In this document: one piece after another, positions 1 through 7,752 of the stretch
How positions within the stretch are numbered: the first letter of the stretch is position 1
Layout of the letters: every line of letters starts with the position of its first letter
IMG/VR virus record: IMGVR_UViG_2609459803_000002
Span: 1-12,160 of that record
From: a virus
Lineage: Duplodnaviria; Heunggongvirae; Uroviricota; Caudoviricetes
Strand: one strand, 5' to 3'
Length of the DNA stretch: 12,160 nt
Notes under the pieces: generated by a model
Databases searched by the model: none
Seen by the model: only the letters and a program-made list of their open reading frames with translations
Told to the model about the DNA's origin: nothing
Made by a program: the position numbers and the translations under genes

Positions 1-123
1 TGCAAATTCATTATAAACATCATCACTGACAGCCAGAGCATCATCTGGCCATGAATTTGCATTAATGTAATCATCCTTAAGTGCAGGATTCACAAAAATG
101 TTTAAAGATGGACTATAAAACAT
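1..123 (-). CDS. Tail fiber assembly protein (Tfa-like chaperone), N-terminal 41 codons only; gene runs off the window start
   Basis: ATG at 123..121 sits one nt after the tail fiber stop. Own translation MFYSPSLNIFVNPALKDDYINANSWPDDALAVSDDVYNEFA carries the WP.DA..VS..Y.EF N-terminal signature recalled for enterobacterial tail fiber assembly proteins. Absent from the ORF track because it is partial. Confidence 0.5.
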   Translation of the reverse strand, partial: MFYSPSLNIFVNPALKDDYINANSWPDDALAVSDDVYNEFA

Positions 124-124
124 A

Positions 125-763
125 TTACACCCCTATAGCGATATAACGACCTAATACAGCGTTTGCAGCAGTCGCTATGCTTGAAAAACCGCGGAACTGA
201 TTTGATGTAATTGCAGAAGCCGACAGGATTCCTGCGCCTGAAGGTGTATGCCCCACATGACTAACTATCATTCCATAACATGCTGACGGAAAGGCAAAAG
301 GAAAATCGTTAAGATATCCGGCATCTTCACCACCAGACCCACCAAATCTCGCCTGCCCCCACTGAATAATCAGTGTTCTCCGGGAACCTGAAATAATTAA
401 CGGGATCGTTACATACCCATTCAGGCCAATGACACCAGATGCAGTGCCAGCCAGAGATAATTCTCCCAAACCAAGGTTTTCGAGAGCCGTTTTCACGGTG
501 CCATCCGATTTGATATCGCCAAACGGATTCTTGCGGCTTAACAGCAGCGCACGAAGCGCGGTAAGCAGCTGGTCGTGTTGCGCCTTCTCCAGACTAGCAC
601 CGGATGCCTCCACCACGCTGCAAAGCTCCTCCTGCAACATGTCAAAGTAGTCATCATCCAGATCGGTAGCAGGCGTGCCAGTCTGGGGGTTACCACGGGT
701 AAAACCGTTTTTACCCGCGCCGAACTTATCCTTCTGCGCGGTTTTCGTGTCTATACGATGCAT
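125..763 (-). CDS. Phage tail fiber protein, short (212 aa)
   Basis: ORF-track protein ([22 protein letters not shown]...) with Gly/Ser-rich C-terminal half, GGAG ribosome-binding site 6 nt upstream of the ATG, and a tightly coupled tfa-like gene immediately downstream. Family assignment is by context and recall, not by search. Confidence 0.55.
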   Translation of the reverse strand: MHRIDTKTAQKDKFGAGKNGFTRGNPQTGTPATDLDDDYFDMLQEELCSVVEASGASLEKAQHDQLLTALRALLLSRKNPFGDIKSDGTVKTALENLGLGELSLAGTASGVIGLNGYVTIPLIISGSRRTLIIQWGQARFGGSGGEDAGYLNDFPFAFPSACYGMIVSHVGHTPSGAGILSASAITSNQFRGFSSIATAANAVLGRYIAIGV

Positions 764-1574
764 GGATTACTCCGGATACCGAACCGTTGAGCATCTCGAT
801 AACTTCCCGCCGCTTGTCGTAGCACGGCCCCTCAATGTTGTACCCGGCGGTGGTGATGGCCCACATCAGTGGCTGACGTCGCGCGCCCATCCCGGTAAGC
901 ATCGTGGTATAAAGCGCATCGGTGGCGTGCTCGTGATATTCATCCACCACGGCACAGTGGGGTGATGAACCATCACCGGGGTTACCGATCAGCGGTTCAA
1001 ACCGCGCGCCATCCTCCGGACGGTTCATGTTTGAGGCGTTAACCTCAATCCCGAACGCTTCCGTCAGCATGGGTGTGCGTTTACACATCAGTCGCGCCGG
1101 GCGAAAGACTTCCCACGCCTGTTTCTCTGTCGTGGCACCGGAATACACTTCCGCGCCAAACTCGTTATCACAGGCAAAACAATACAGGGCAACACCGGCA
1201 GAGATTGCCGATTTGCCGTTCTTACGGGGGATTTCGGTATACACCTCCCTGAAGCGGCGCAGCCGGGAGCCTTTATTGACCCAGCCAAACGCACAGCAGA
1301 TCACAAAGAGCTGCCACGGTTCCAGCGTGATGGGCATCCTCTTGAATGCCCACTCCCCCTTGGTGTGTGGCAACAGCTGAATAAATTTCGCGGCCCGTTC
1401 AGCCAGGTCCTTGTCGAAGCGGTAACGAAACGACTTACTTTTTTCCGCCATCAGGTCATCAAGATGGCGCTGGCAGGCCTGAATCACAAACTGGCAGGCC
1501 ACAATCTTTCCGCGCACGACATCACGGGCATACTGATTGGCAGCATTTACGTTGGGGTAAGATTTCCGGCTCAT
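726..1574 (-). pseudogene. Large terminase subunit, N-terminal ATPase domain only (3'-truncated remnant of a roughly 550-aa HK97-type protein)
   Basis: Walker A-like IPRKNGKS and Walker B-like CAVVDEYHE motifs are present. The ORF stops at 282 aa, shortly after the ITTAG motif, with no nuclease domain in any frame; the next gene is the tail fiber. Start overlaps the TerS stop, as is typical. Confidence 0.75.
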
Positions 1575-2065
1575 GATTCGATGATTTTCAGAAACGGGTT
1601 AGTGGCTTTCTTCTGCCCCGCCAGGCCAATCAGACGCTGGCGGCTGCTGGGGTCGAGTCCGAGCATTGCCCCCGTGCTGCTCATCTCGGACTCCTGTTCT
1701 TTCTTGGCGGTCAGCTCCGGATTTTTGACCATGCCACCCATTGCACCGGTGATGGTGTTGCCCTGTCTGGCAATATTTTTCACGGCACGCCGCCAGAACT
1801 CGTAGGCCACGCACCACCGCTCAAGCACCGCGAGGTCAGTCACGCACAGCAGGCCCTGACCGCAGAGTTCTTTGGTTGTCAGTTGCCACATGATCGTGGC
1901 GAGAGGGAGATCTTCTTCAGCGAACCACTCCGGTGGCTCAACACCTTTGATGGGCGTAAAAACAGGTTCATCTTTATTCAGGGCTCGCTTGCCGGGGTTT
2001 CCGGCCAGCGCCTTGCGCGCCGTTGGCTTGGGGCGACGCCCGGACCCCCCCGCCGTTCCAGCCAT
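1571..2065 (-). CDS. Small terminase subunit, P27 family
   Basis: N-terminus [30 protein letters not shown] matches the recalled P27-family signature. Start chosen at ATG 2065..2063 (AGGAG 8 nt upstream) rather than the GTG at 2074 used by the ORF track. Confidence 0.8.
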   Translation of the reverse strand: MAGTAGGSGRRPKPTARKALAGNPGKRALNKDEPVFTPIKGVEPPEWFAEEDLPLATIMWQLTTKELCGQGLLCVTDLAVLERWCVAYEFWRRAVKNIARQGNTITGAMGGMVKNPELTAKKEQESEMSSTGAMLGLDPSSRQRLIGLAGQKKATNPFLKIIES

Positions 2066-2104
2066 ATGCGGCACTCCTGGTTAAATTTCATTTTTCGCGG
2101 GTAT

Positions 2105-2164
2105 AAAAAAACGATGGGGCGGGCAGTCCGGAAGACGTCAGGTCACAGGGATGTGACCCGCCCC
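2105..2164 (-). other. GC-rich nested inverted repeat between HNH and TerS: candidate cos/packaging site or intrinsic terminator
   Basis: GGGGCGGG (2116-2123) pairs with CCCGCCCC (2157-2164) and encloses the hairpin GTCACA-ggga-TGTGAC (2142-2157). A run of 7 A (2105-2111) gives a U-tract on the minus strand after the structure. Confidence 0.3.
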
Positions 2165-2190
2165 TCCCCTCAGACAGTTGAGAGTTATTA

Positions 2191-2541
2191 TCACTTTAAC
2201 CGTTCACGGACCGTCTTCGCCTTATGACACGGCCAACACAGACTCTGCAGATTACAGTCGGCATCAGTGCCGCCATGCGCTTTAGGGATGATGTGGTCAA
2301 CGGTTTTCGCCTCACGCACCACACCGGCACGCAGACATAACTGACATAAACCTTTGTCACGCTTCAGCACACGCGCGCGGATAGCGTCCCACTTCGAACC
2401 ATAACCGCGCTGATGACGGGACTGACCTGGCTTGTATTGCTTCCAGCCTTCGCTTTTGTGGCTTTCGCAGTAGCCTGACGGGTCTGTGGTTGTAGAGCGG
2501 CAGCCGCGAACACGGCAGGCTTTTGGGGTTCGTGGTGGCAT
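2191..2541 (-). CDS. HNH endonuclease (phage packaging-associated)
   Basis: Cys/His pattern CQLC...VDHIIP...GG...NLQSLCWPCH typical of HNH; GGAG ribosome-binding site 7 nt upstream of ATG 2541; located directly upstream of TerS as in HK97-like phages. Confidence 0.85.
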   Translation of the reverse strand: MPPRTPKACRVRGCRSTTTDPSGYCESHKSEGWKQYKPGQSRHQRGYGSKWDAIRARVLKRDKGLCQLCLRAGVVREAKTVDHIIPKAHGGTDADCNLQSLCWPCHKAKTVRERLK

Positions 2542-2559
2542 TGGTAAGCTCCAATAAAA

Positions 2560-2585
2560 AAGCCACCATCGATTGCTAGTGGCTT
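2560..2585 (-). terminator. Terminator-like hairpin downstream of the orphan gene
   Basis: AAGCCAC (2560-2566) pairs with GTGGCTT (2579-2585) around a 12-nt loop; on the minus strand the stem is followed by a U-run. The stem is short, so strength is uncertain. Confidence 0.3.
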
Positions 2586-2611
2586 AGCATCTACTAATGT
2601 GAAGAGTAGGT

Positions 2612-3370
2612 TTATTTTTTCTTCTTATTTAACTTATCTAAATTGACGGGATCTTTCCCTGTGGCAGCTAAACACCAAAAAGAATAACTCTTTTGCATGA
2701 CATAGGTTCTAATTCTCTCTAATGTTTCATTATATTTTTTCTCAACAACCTGTATCGCATGTTCAAATAAATTAATCATATCAACATGCTCGTCCTCGAC
2801 ACCAATCATGCTCAGTTGTTTTCTATCTGTCACTGCTTGATAAAATGTTTTCCCATTTTTCCTTATTAGTAACAATGAAGTTTCTGCTGACTCATAGTCT
2901 TGGTTGCCGCTATGTGCTGCAAAATTATGCCTGTAGTTAATAATACAGTCATGCAACCCAAAATATTCAGAATCAAGCCAATCACGCTCCATCTTTAACT
3001 TTCTCCCTTTAGCTTCAGAGAAAGCTTTACCATAAAACGTTAGGCTTGCCACAAATAACGCTCTAATTTCACTTGATAAATCTAGATCAAGTATATTCCC
3101 GTATAACTTGCCATCTGTCCTTAATTCGTTTCTCCCTGCCAGTTCATTAGCTATTTGGTACCACTCTTTAGCACTTTTTAAGTCCCTATGAATTAGTGAC
3201 AGTGAAGATGCTCTATCGGCAATACGCCCACTCAATTTTATGCGATCTACAATTTCATTATTGAATGTATAAACCGCTTTAAATTCCCCCGTTTCGGAAT
3301 CAATATAATATTCAACATCTAACCCTTCATATGATTCACACCCGGGACCTTCTAATTTTTTTCTTTTCAT
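2612..3370 (-). CDS. Hypothetical cytoplasmic protein (252 aa), AT-rich cargo gene with an Rx5H motif (possible HEPN-like abortive-infection or toxin protein)
   Basis: Long clean ORF in a visibly AT-richer stretch. Start taken at ATG 3370..3368 (M9 of the ORF-track protein, whose first codon is TTG). Motif YRHNFAAH lies within an otherwise unassignable sequence; no signal peptide or membrane segment is evident. Confidence 0.6.
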   Translation of the reverse strand: MKRKKLEGPGCESYEGLDVEYYIDSETGEFKAVYTFNNEIVDRIKLSGRIADRASSLSLIHRDLKSAKEWYQIANELAGRNELRTDGKLYGNILDLDLSSEIRALFVASLTFYGKAFSEAKGRKLKMERDWLDSEYFGLHDCIINYRHNFAAHSGNQDYESAETSLLLIRKNGKTFYQAVTDRKQLSMIGVEDEHVDMINLFEHAIQVVEKKYNETLERIRTYVMQKSYSFWCLAATGKDPVNLDKLNKKKK

Positions 3371-3451
3371 ATAGAATATCCATATACGTTTCAATTCTCA
3401 GTCAGCATAGTAGAAAAAAAAGATGTCCAGATCCATACATCGAAAGCAATT

Positions 3452-3916
3452 TTAGTTTTCACACTGACTAGAGATATAGTCCTGCAATGCTCTTATCTGT
3501 TTATAACTGATTTCAATTCTCTCTCTGAGGGTGAAATAATCCCGTTGAGCGGTGTCAGTAAGTCGGGGGGCGGTAGCATCATCCAGGCTGGTGGTAATGG
3601 TCGTTGATTGCACTCTCGGGCAACTAGCGGCGAGGAACAGCCGCTTAGTGCCAACAGCAACATCACGCTGAAGCTGTTCAATAGTTGCTTTAGCATTTGC
3701 AAGTTCTCCGGTGTATTTCGCATCGAGCGCAGAAACATCACGCTGGCGCTGCTGCATCTCAGTAATGGTGGCGTTCGCCTGGCTGAGTTTTTCCTTCGCT
3801 TTATCGCGCTGTTCTTTGTAGGCGATGGCGTTATCACGATAATGATTAACAGCCCATGATAGGCAGACGATGGTGCAGATAACCAGAGAGGACAGAATCG
3901 CAGTTACTCTACTCAT
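3452..3916 (-). CDS. Rz: Rz inner-membrane spanin
   Basis: From the internal start [31 protein letters not shown] the protein closely matches recalled lambda Rz (N-terminal membrane segment, coiled-coil body). ATG at 3916..3914 overlaps the endolysin stop. Confidence 0.85.
   Translation of the reverse strand: MSRVTAILSSLVICTIVCLSWAVNHYRDNAIAYKEQRDKAKEKLSQANATITEMQQRQRDVSALDAKYTGELANAKATIEQLQRDVAVGTKRLFLAASCPRVQSTTITTSLDDATAPRLTDTAQRDYFTLRERIEISYKQIRALQDYISSQCEN
3493..3696 (-). CDS. Rz1: Rz1 outer-membrane lipoprotein spanin, embedded in the +1 frame of Rz
   Basis: Internal start gives [22 protein letters not shown]... with lipobox LSGC, then the proline-rich [27 protein letters not shown], closely matching recalled lambda Rz1. 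Confidence 0.75.
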   Translation of the reverse strand: MLKQLLNSFSVMLLLALSGCSSPLVARECNQRPLPPAWMMLPPPDLLTPLNGIISPSERELKSVINR

Positions 3917-4391
3917 ATAGCTGAATTTCTCTGACCGTTCCGCCCGATTCTTTGAATTTTTCAATCAGGCTGTCAACCTTATGTTCGAACTGACCATAAC
4001 CAGCGCCCGGCAATGACGCCCAGATATTGCTGCAACGATCAATAGCCTGACGGATATCGCCGCGATCAATCATCGGTAAAGCACCACGCTCTTTAATCTG
4101 CTGCAATGCCACAGCATCCTGGCTTTTTGGAGAGAAGTCTTTCAGCCCAAGCTGCTTACGGTAAGCATCCCACCAGCGTGAAAGAAGCTGATAACGTCCT
4201 GCGGCTGTTGATTTAAGTTTCGGGTTTAGCGTGACAAGTTTGCGAGGGTGATCGGAGTAATCAGTGAACAGTTCACCTCCGACAATAACGTCATAACCGT
4301 GGTTACGTGTCGGTTGTCGCCCGTTATCCGTTCCTTCTGACCATGCCACCATATCGAGGAAAGCTTTACGCTGGGAATTTAGTACCTGCAT
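3909..4391 (-). CDS. R: Endolysin, lambda R-type lytic transglycosylase
   Basis: [61 protein letters not shown]... is near-identical over most of its length to recalled lambda R. Confidence 0.9.
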   Translation of the reverse strand: MQVLNSQRKAFLDMVAWSEGTDNGRQPTRNHGYDVIVGGELFTDYSDHPRKLVTLNPKLKSTAAGRYQLLSRWWDAYRKQLGLKDFSPKSQDAVALQQIKERGALPMIDRGDIRQAIDRCSNIWASLPGAGYGQFEHKVDSLIEKFKESGGTVREIQLYE

Positions 4392-4394
4392 AAA

Positions 4395-4721
4395 TTACTC
4401 CTTAGAGCCACCAAACTTATTACCGATTACTCTCATTGCAGCCCCACGAATAGCATCGACCCCGATCAGCCCAACGCCGCCACCAATGGCAACAGAAAGA
4501 GATTTAGGCCATCCGACATACTCAAGAGCGGATGCAAAAGTCAGCGTCAGAGCACCACAGAGCAAAATCTCGAGCGTTTTTCGTTTCCAGCCACCACCAC
4601 CGCCAAAATAGGCAATGCGCAAGCCAGCCATAACGATCGACATAATCACTGCGCCCAGCGGTGTGTCTCCACGCCACCAGCTCTGGACCAACTCCAGCCA
4701 GGTATTTGGGTTATGAGGCAT
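4395..4721 (-). CDS. Holin, lambda S-like (three-membrane-segment class I)
   Basis: Sits immediately upstream of the endolysin. Hydrophobic segments and motifs (MAGLRIAYFGGGG; GVDAIRGAAMRVIGNKFGG) line up with lambda S features (MAYLRGRYNGG; GTDSIGSLIKRFAAKKAG). Exact start not resolved. Confidence 0.7.
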   Translation of the reverse strand: MPHNPNTWLELVQSWWRGDTPLGAVIMSIVMAGLRIAYFGGGGGWKRKTLEILLCGALTLTFASALEYVGWPKSLSVAIGGGVGLIGVDAIRGAAMRVIGNKFGGSKE

Positions 4722-4963
4722 TTGTAGTTATCTCTCACCTCGCCGATACAGGAGGTGCAAATTGAGGGAGTACCACGAACCGCAAACCAGAAGCGGAAAC
4801 GTAAAAGAAGCCGAGCCAATGGATAAGTGCTAGATAGACCAAGCCCAACGAATACCAAGGCCCAGAAATGACAAAACCCGCTCGACGGCAGGTTTAAGCT
4901 GTGTGGCGAAGTAACCACTCTTAACAGATTACACGATAAAATGCGGACCGCGTGAGGAAAACT

Positions 4964-5056
4964 ATGGTTTTTTTGAAGCGAATGAGTAAAATCAACGCCA
5001 CTTTGCACATAAGTTATCCACACTGTACGTTTGCAAAATCTCATTGCTCTCTTTGA
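4964..5056 (+). CDS. Small ORF (30 aa, MVFLKRMSKINATLHISYPHCTFAKSHCSL) upstream of the peptidase gene; candidate leader peptide or small protein
   Basis: GAGGA ribosome-binding site 5 nt upstream of ATG 4964; below the ORF-track size cut-off. No family signature. Confidence 0.2.
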   Translation: MVFLKRMSKINATLHISYPHCTFAKSHCSL

Positions 5057-5175
5057 GTTTTGTAAATGCGCTAATTTTTGGACTTTTTTTGCCGATAGAA
5101 TCTAACCACTTGTGTGGTAAGTTCTGAATGAATGTTACCTCTTGGTTTGAAAATTCTTAACATAAGGACATCTGA

Positions 5176-6171
5176 ATGTTTGAGCAGCGTAAAGCCCTGT
5201 ATGCGCAACTGGAACAAGCACGCAATTCAAAAGTATTATGCTATGTAACAGGTGATAGACCAAACCAAGAAGCTCAAATCAGCGCTGATGTATTCGATCT
5301 GTTCGTCAATCATCTTGATGTGATAGGTGATGTTCAAAAAATTAGCCTCGTGCTCTATACGCGAGGCGGCGACACTTTAACAGCATGGAGCCTTGTAAAC
5401 CTGCTTCGTCAGTTTTGTAAAGAACTCGAAATCATAATCCCATCAAAATGCCATAGTTCTGGGACGATAATGTGCCTTGGCGCGAACAACTTGGTTATGA
5501 CCAAGCAGGCAACCTTAGGGCCAATCGATCCAAGTGTGAATACACCACTTAACCCTTCGGCCATAATCAATGGGCAGCCACTTCAACTTCCAGTCAGTGT
5601 TGAAGAAATCAATGGCTATCTTGAAGTAGTTAAGCATGATTTGAGTATCAAAGATGATGCCTCACTTGCACAGATCCTCCTTGCATTAAGTGAAAAGGTT
5701 CATCCCTTGGTACTTGGAAAAGTCTATCGAGCTAAAGCGCAGATTCAAATGCTCGCAAGAAAACTACTGTCTCACCAACTCACTGATAGTGAAAGCATTG
5801 AGAAAATTGTAAGTTTCCTTTGTAGTGATTCTGGTAGCCATGACTACACTATAAATAGGATTGAAGCGGTAAACGATTTAGGTCTTACGGTGGAAAAACC
5901 AGATGAGCACCTTTACGGTCTGATCAAAGAAATTTATGAAGATTTCAAAACTGAGATGCATCTGGGTGAACCTTTTGACCCAAATGCTATCTTAGGAACA
6001 GTTAACCAGGCATCGTACGTATCTGTCAGAAGCATTTTAGAGGCTCCAGACACGTTTTCATATCAATTCCGCACTGAGGGGATGTTACAGCGTTTTCAAG
6101 TTCCAGGCGTCCCAGGTCAGTTCGGCATAAATCATAACCTTATCTCAGAGGGGTGGGCTCGACATGGATAA
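5176..6171 (+). CDS. ClpP/crotonase-fold serine peptidase (SppA / S49 / SDH-proteinase-like), cargo gene
   Basis: AAGGA ribosome-binding site 7 nt upstream of ATG 5176. Segment LVLYTRGGDTLTAWSLVNLL ... IIIPSKCHSSGTIMCLGANNLVMTKQATLGPIDP matches the GG ... (A/S)SxGT ... TLG.I core of ClpP/SppA-fold peptidases. Opposite strand to and AT-richer than the flanking phage genes. Confidence 0.7.
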   Translation: MFEQRKALYAQLEQARNSKVLCYVTGDRPNQEAQISADVFDLFVNHLDVIGDVQKISLVLYTRGGDTLTAWSLVNLLRQFCKELEIIIPSKCHSSGTIMCLGANNLVMTKQATLGPIDPSVNTPLNPSAIINGQPLQLPVSVEEINGYLEVVKHDLSIKDDASLAQILLALSEKVHPLVLGKVYRAKAQIQMLARKLLSHQLTDSESIEKIVSFLCSDSGSHDYTINRIEAVNDLGLTVEKPDEHLYGLIKEIYEDFKTEMHLGEPFDPNAILGTVNQASYVSVRSILEAPDTFSYQFRTEGMLQRFQVPGVPGQFGINHNLISEGWARHG

Positions 6172-6343
6172 CAAATCATCTACAGGTAACTTTGTAGTCT
6201 ATACTAACAGGCATACAACTACAGCTGCGCCTAAGCCAGCAAGCATTCCATCCACTGCTCAAAAAACAAGCAACAATGGCGTCAATGGCTACAGTAACTT
6301 TTTAAGTTGCACCACAGGTTCAGTCATAAAAAACAGTTTCTAA
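6164..6343 (+). CDS. Small S/T/N-rich ORF (59 aa), translationally coupled to the peptidase gene
   Basis: ATG 6164 overlaps the peptidase stop in an ATGGATAA arrangement, with GGTGGG upstream. Own translation MDNKSSTGNFVVYTNRHTTTAAPKPASIPSTAQKTSNNGVNGYSNFLSCTTGSVIKNSF; stop at 6341-6343 lies directly before the terminator hairpin. Could be spurious given its low complexity. Confidence 0.3.
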   Translation: MDNKSSTGNFVVYTNRHTTTAAPKPASIPSTAQKTSNNGVNGYSNFLSCTTGSVIKNSF

Positions 6344-6344
6344 A

Positions 6345-6371
6345 AACAACGGCTCTCTAAGAGCCGTTGTT
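6345..6371. terminator. Bidirectional intrinsic terminator hairpin between the convergent Q and peptidase operons
   Basis: Perfect stem ACAACGGCTC (6346-6355) / GAGCCGTTGT (6361-6370), extendable by one A-T pair, with loop TCTAA. Followed by a U-run on the minus strand and a weaker U-rich tract on the plus strand. Confidence 0.5.
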
Positions 6372-6375
6372 GTAT

Positions 6376-6738
6376 CTATTCACATTCTAAACGTATATCG
6401 AGCATACTAAGGCAACCATCGATAAATCCCTCAGCCATCTGTATCTCAATGCGTATTAGTTTCTCATCCTTTTTACTAGCCTTGGCGAGCTTTCTTTTAG
6501 AGATACCGTATAGGTAATGGGCAACAAGAAGCGAATGTTCGTCCGGCCTTTTTTGCTTTAGACGAGCAAGACAACCTTCAATAATTAATGCATCACTATC
6601 TGAACAAGCCTGACGTGTTTTACTTGTATAGGGAAGAAGCCCTTTAAACCCAGCAGCTATAGGCGAATAATCTACTCCAGAACTATCACTCGCCGCCCAT
6701 GCTCCCCAACGCTCCAGAACCATCTGAATATCACGCAT
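6376..6738 (-). CDS. Late-gene antiterminator Q (phage 82 / QuuD-like family)
   Basis: N-terminus MRDIQMVLERWGAWAA and C-terminus GFIDGCLSMLDIRLE match the recalled QuuD-type signature. Start taken at ATG 6738 (GGAG 7 nt upstream) rather than the TTG at 6753. Position between the nin-like genes and the lysis cassette fits. Confidence 0.8.
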   Translation of the reverse strand: MRDIQMVLERWGAWAASDSSGVDYSPIAAGFKGLLPYTSKTRQACSDSDALIIEGCLARLKQKRPDEHSLLVAHYLYGISKRKLAKASKKDEKLIRIEIQMAEGFIDGCLSMLDIRLECE

Positions 6739-6755
6739 CAACTTTCTCCACAAAA

Positions 6756-7751
6756 TCAGGCCAGCACACCAATCGCCAGCGCACGATCGATAAAACGAAA
6801 TATCAGCTCCAGCTGGGAGCCATACTTCTCTTCAAATGCCACGGTATCCGCATGCAGCTCGTCGTGATGCTTTCTGCACAAAGGCAACACAAAAAGGTCA
6901 TGCGCTTTTGTACCCATTCCACCCTGACCGTGGCCTATCAGGTGGTGGGGATCATCAGCGGGCTTTCCACAACATGCACACGGCTGCGTCTTAACCCAGC
7001 GCGTGTACTTTTCATTAACCCAGCGGCGACGTTTTGGGCGTAACATAAAAGACTCCGGCGACTCCGGCTCCACTTTCAGCGCCAGCACCTTTTTCGCTTT
7101 ATCCTGGATGATGCTGGTGGCAGGAACCGAAGGAACAAGATCACTTTCCCGGGTGACAGACGGCACAACAGGCTTCGGTAATCTCAGTGCCTTACGGGCT
7201 GCACTTTCCGGTAAGGCATCCGCCAGGTCATTACGAACCAGCCACCAGCACAGTTCCGGCATTGTCACAACGTGACTGTCATCAAAACCGAGATCCCGAC
7301 GCACGACAGACAACACCCAGCTGGCACAGTTATCCGTTGCCATTGATTCCAGCCGTTCCGTGAACTGATCGCGCAGCTGGTTATCGCAGTGCCAGCACAG
7401 ACGGATTGCGCCCGGAGCGTGTCGCATTGTGGTCATGTTCTCGCTGTGCCAGTCGGAATGAGGCCACTGGCAGCCTTTTTCACGAAGTAACCAGCTTTCA
7501 AGACATTCCACGCCACCAGCACGACGGATCACCGCCTCATTGCGGAACACAGCCCGAACGGCAGGATCATCCGCCAGTGGTTGTAATGCCGCCGGAACGG
7601 CACCACTGGAAAAAGATGAATAATGTTCCGGCTCAGGCTCCAGCAGGACACGCCCCTGCATAAACAGGGGCATCAGCTCTGAACCGGGTCTGAACAATAC
7701 GATCCCCATACGCGGGGCAATTTCAGGGGTCAGTAGCGCTCTCACGGTCAC
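6756..7751 (-). CDS. DUF968/YdfU-like prophage protein with a C-terminal HNH-like Cys/His cluster
   Basis: C-terminal CACCGKPADDPHHLIGHGQGGMGTKAHDLFVLPLCRKHHDELH; family name is from recall and unverified. GTG start abuts the KilA-N stop; exact start uncertain. Confidence 0.6.
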   Translation of the reverse strand: MTVRALLTPEIAPRMGIVLFRPGSELMPLFMQGRVLLEPEPEHYSSFSSGAVPAALQPLADDPAVRAVFRNEAVIRRAGGVECLESWLLREKGCQWPHSDWHSENMTTMRHAPGAIRLCWHCDNQLRDQFTERLESMATDNCASWVLSVVRRDLGFDDSHVVTMPELCWWLVRNDLADALPESAARKALRLPKPVVPSVTRESDLVPSVPATSIIQDKAKKVLALKVEPESPESFMLRPKRRRWVNEKYTRWVKTQPCACCGKPADDPHHLIGHGQGGMGTKAHDLFVLPLCRKHHDELHADTVAFEEKYGSQLELIFRFIDRALAIGVLA

Positions 7752-7752
7752 C

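Noticed and set aside
429-2227. Plus-strand ORFs 429-650, 575-790, 675-965, 1027-1380, 1365-1805, 1883-2227, 1872-2084 and minus-strand ORFs 1088-1294, 1599-1817
   Set aside because: They lie entirely inside or antisense to the tail fiber, large terminase and small terminase genes, give low-complexity or Arg/Pro-rich translations, and lack ribosome-binding sites. Treated as shadow ORFs of GC-rich coding sequence.
2357-2569. Minus-strand ORF (70 aa) overlapping the HNH gene in another frame
   Set aside because: Alternative-frame shadow of the HNH coding region; no independent support.
3493-3837. Full 114-codon version of the embedded Rz1 frame, and plus-strand ORF 3608-3859
   Set aside because: Only the part from the internal Met (3696) has signal-peptide and lipobox features; the upstream extension is a frame artefact. 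The plus-strand ORF is antisense to Rz.
4646-5044. Minus-strand ORF of 132 aa spanning the holin 5' end and the upstream gap
   Set aside because: Overlaps the holin start, has no ribosome-binding site, and translates to Cys/Trp/Arg-rich junk; the region is better explained as regulatory intergenic DNA.
4722-5175. Late terminator candidates in the gap upstream of the holin (around 4874-4895 and 4941-4950)
   Set aside because: Stems are only 3-5 bp or have 1-nt loops with short U-runs; too weak to call.
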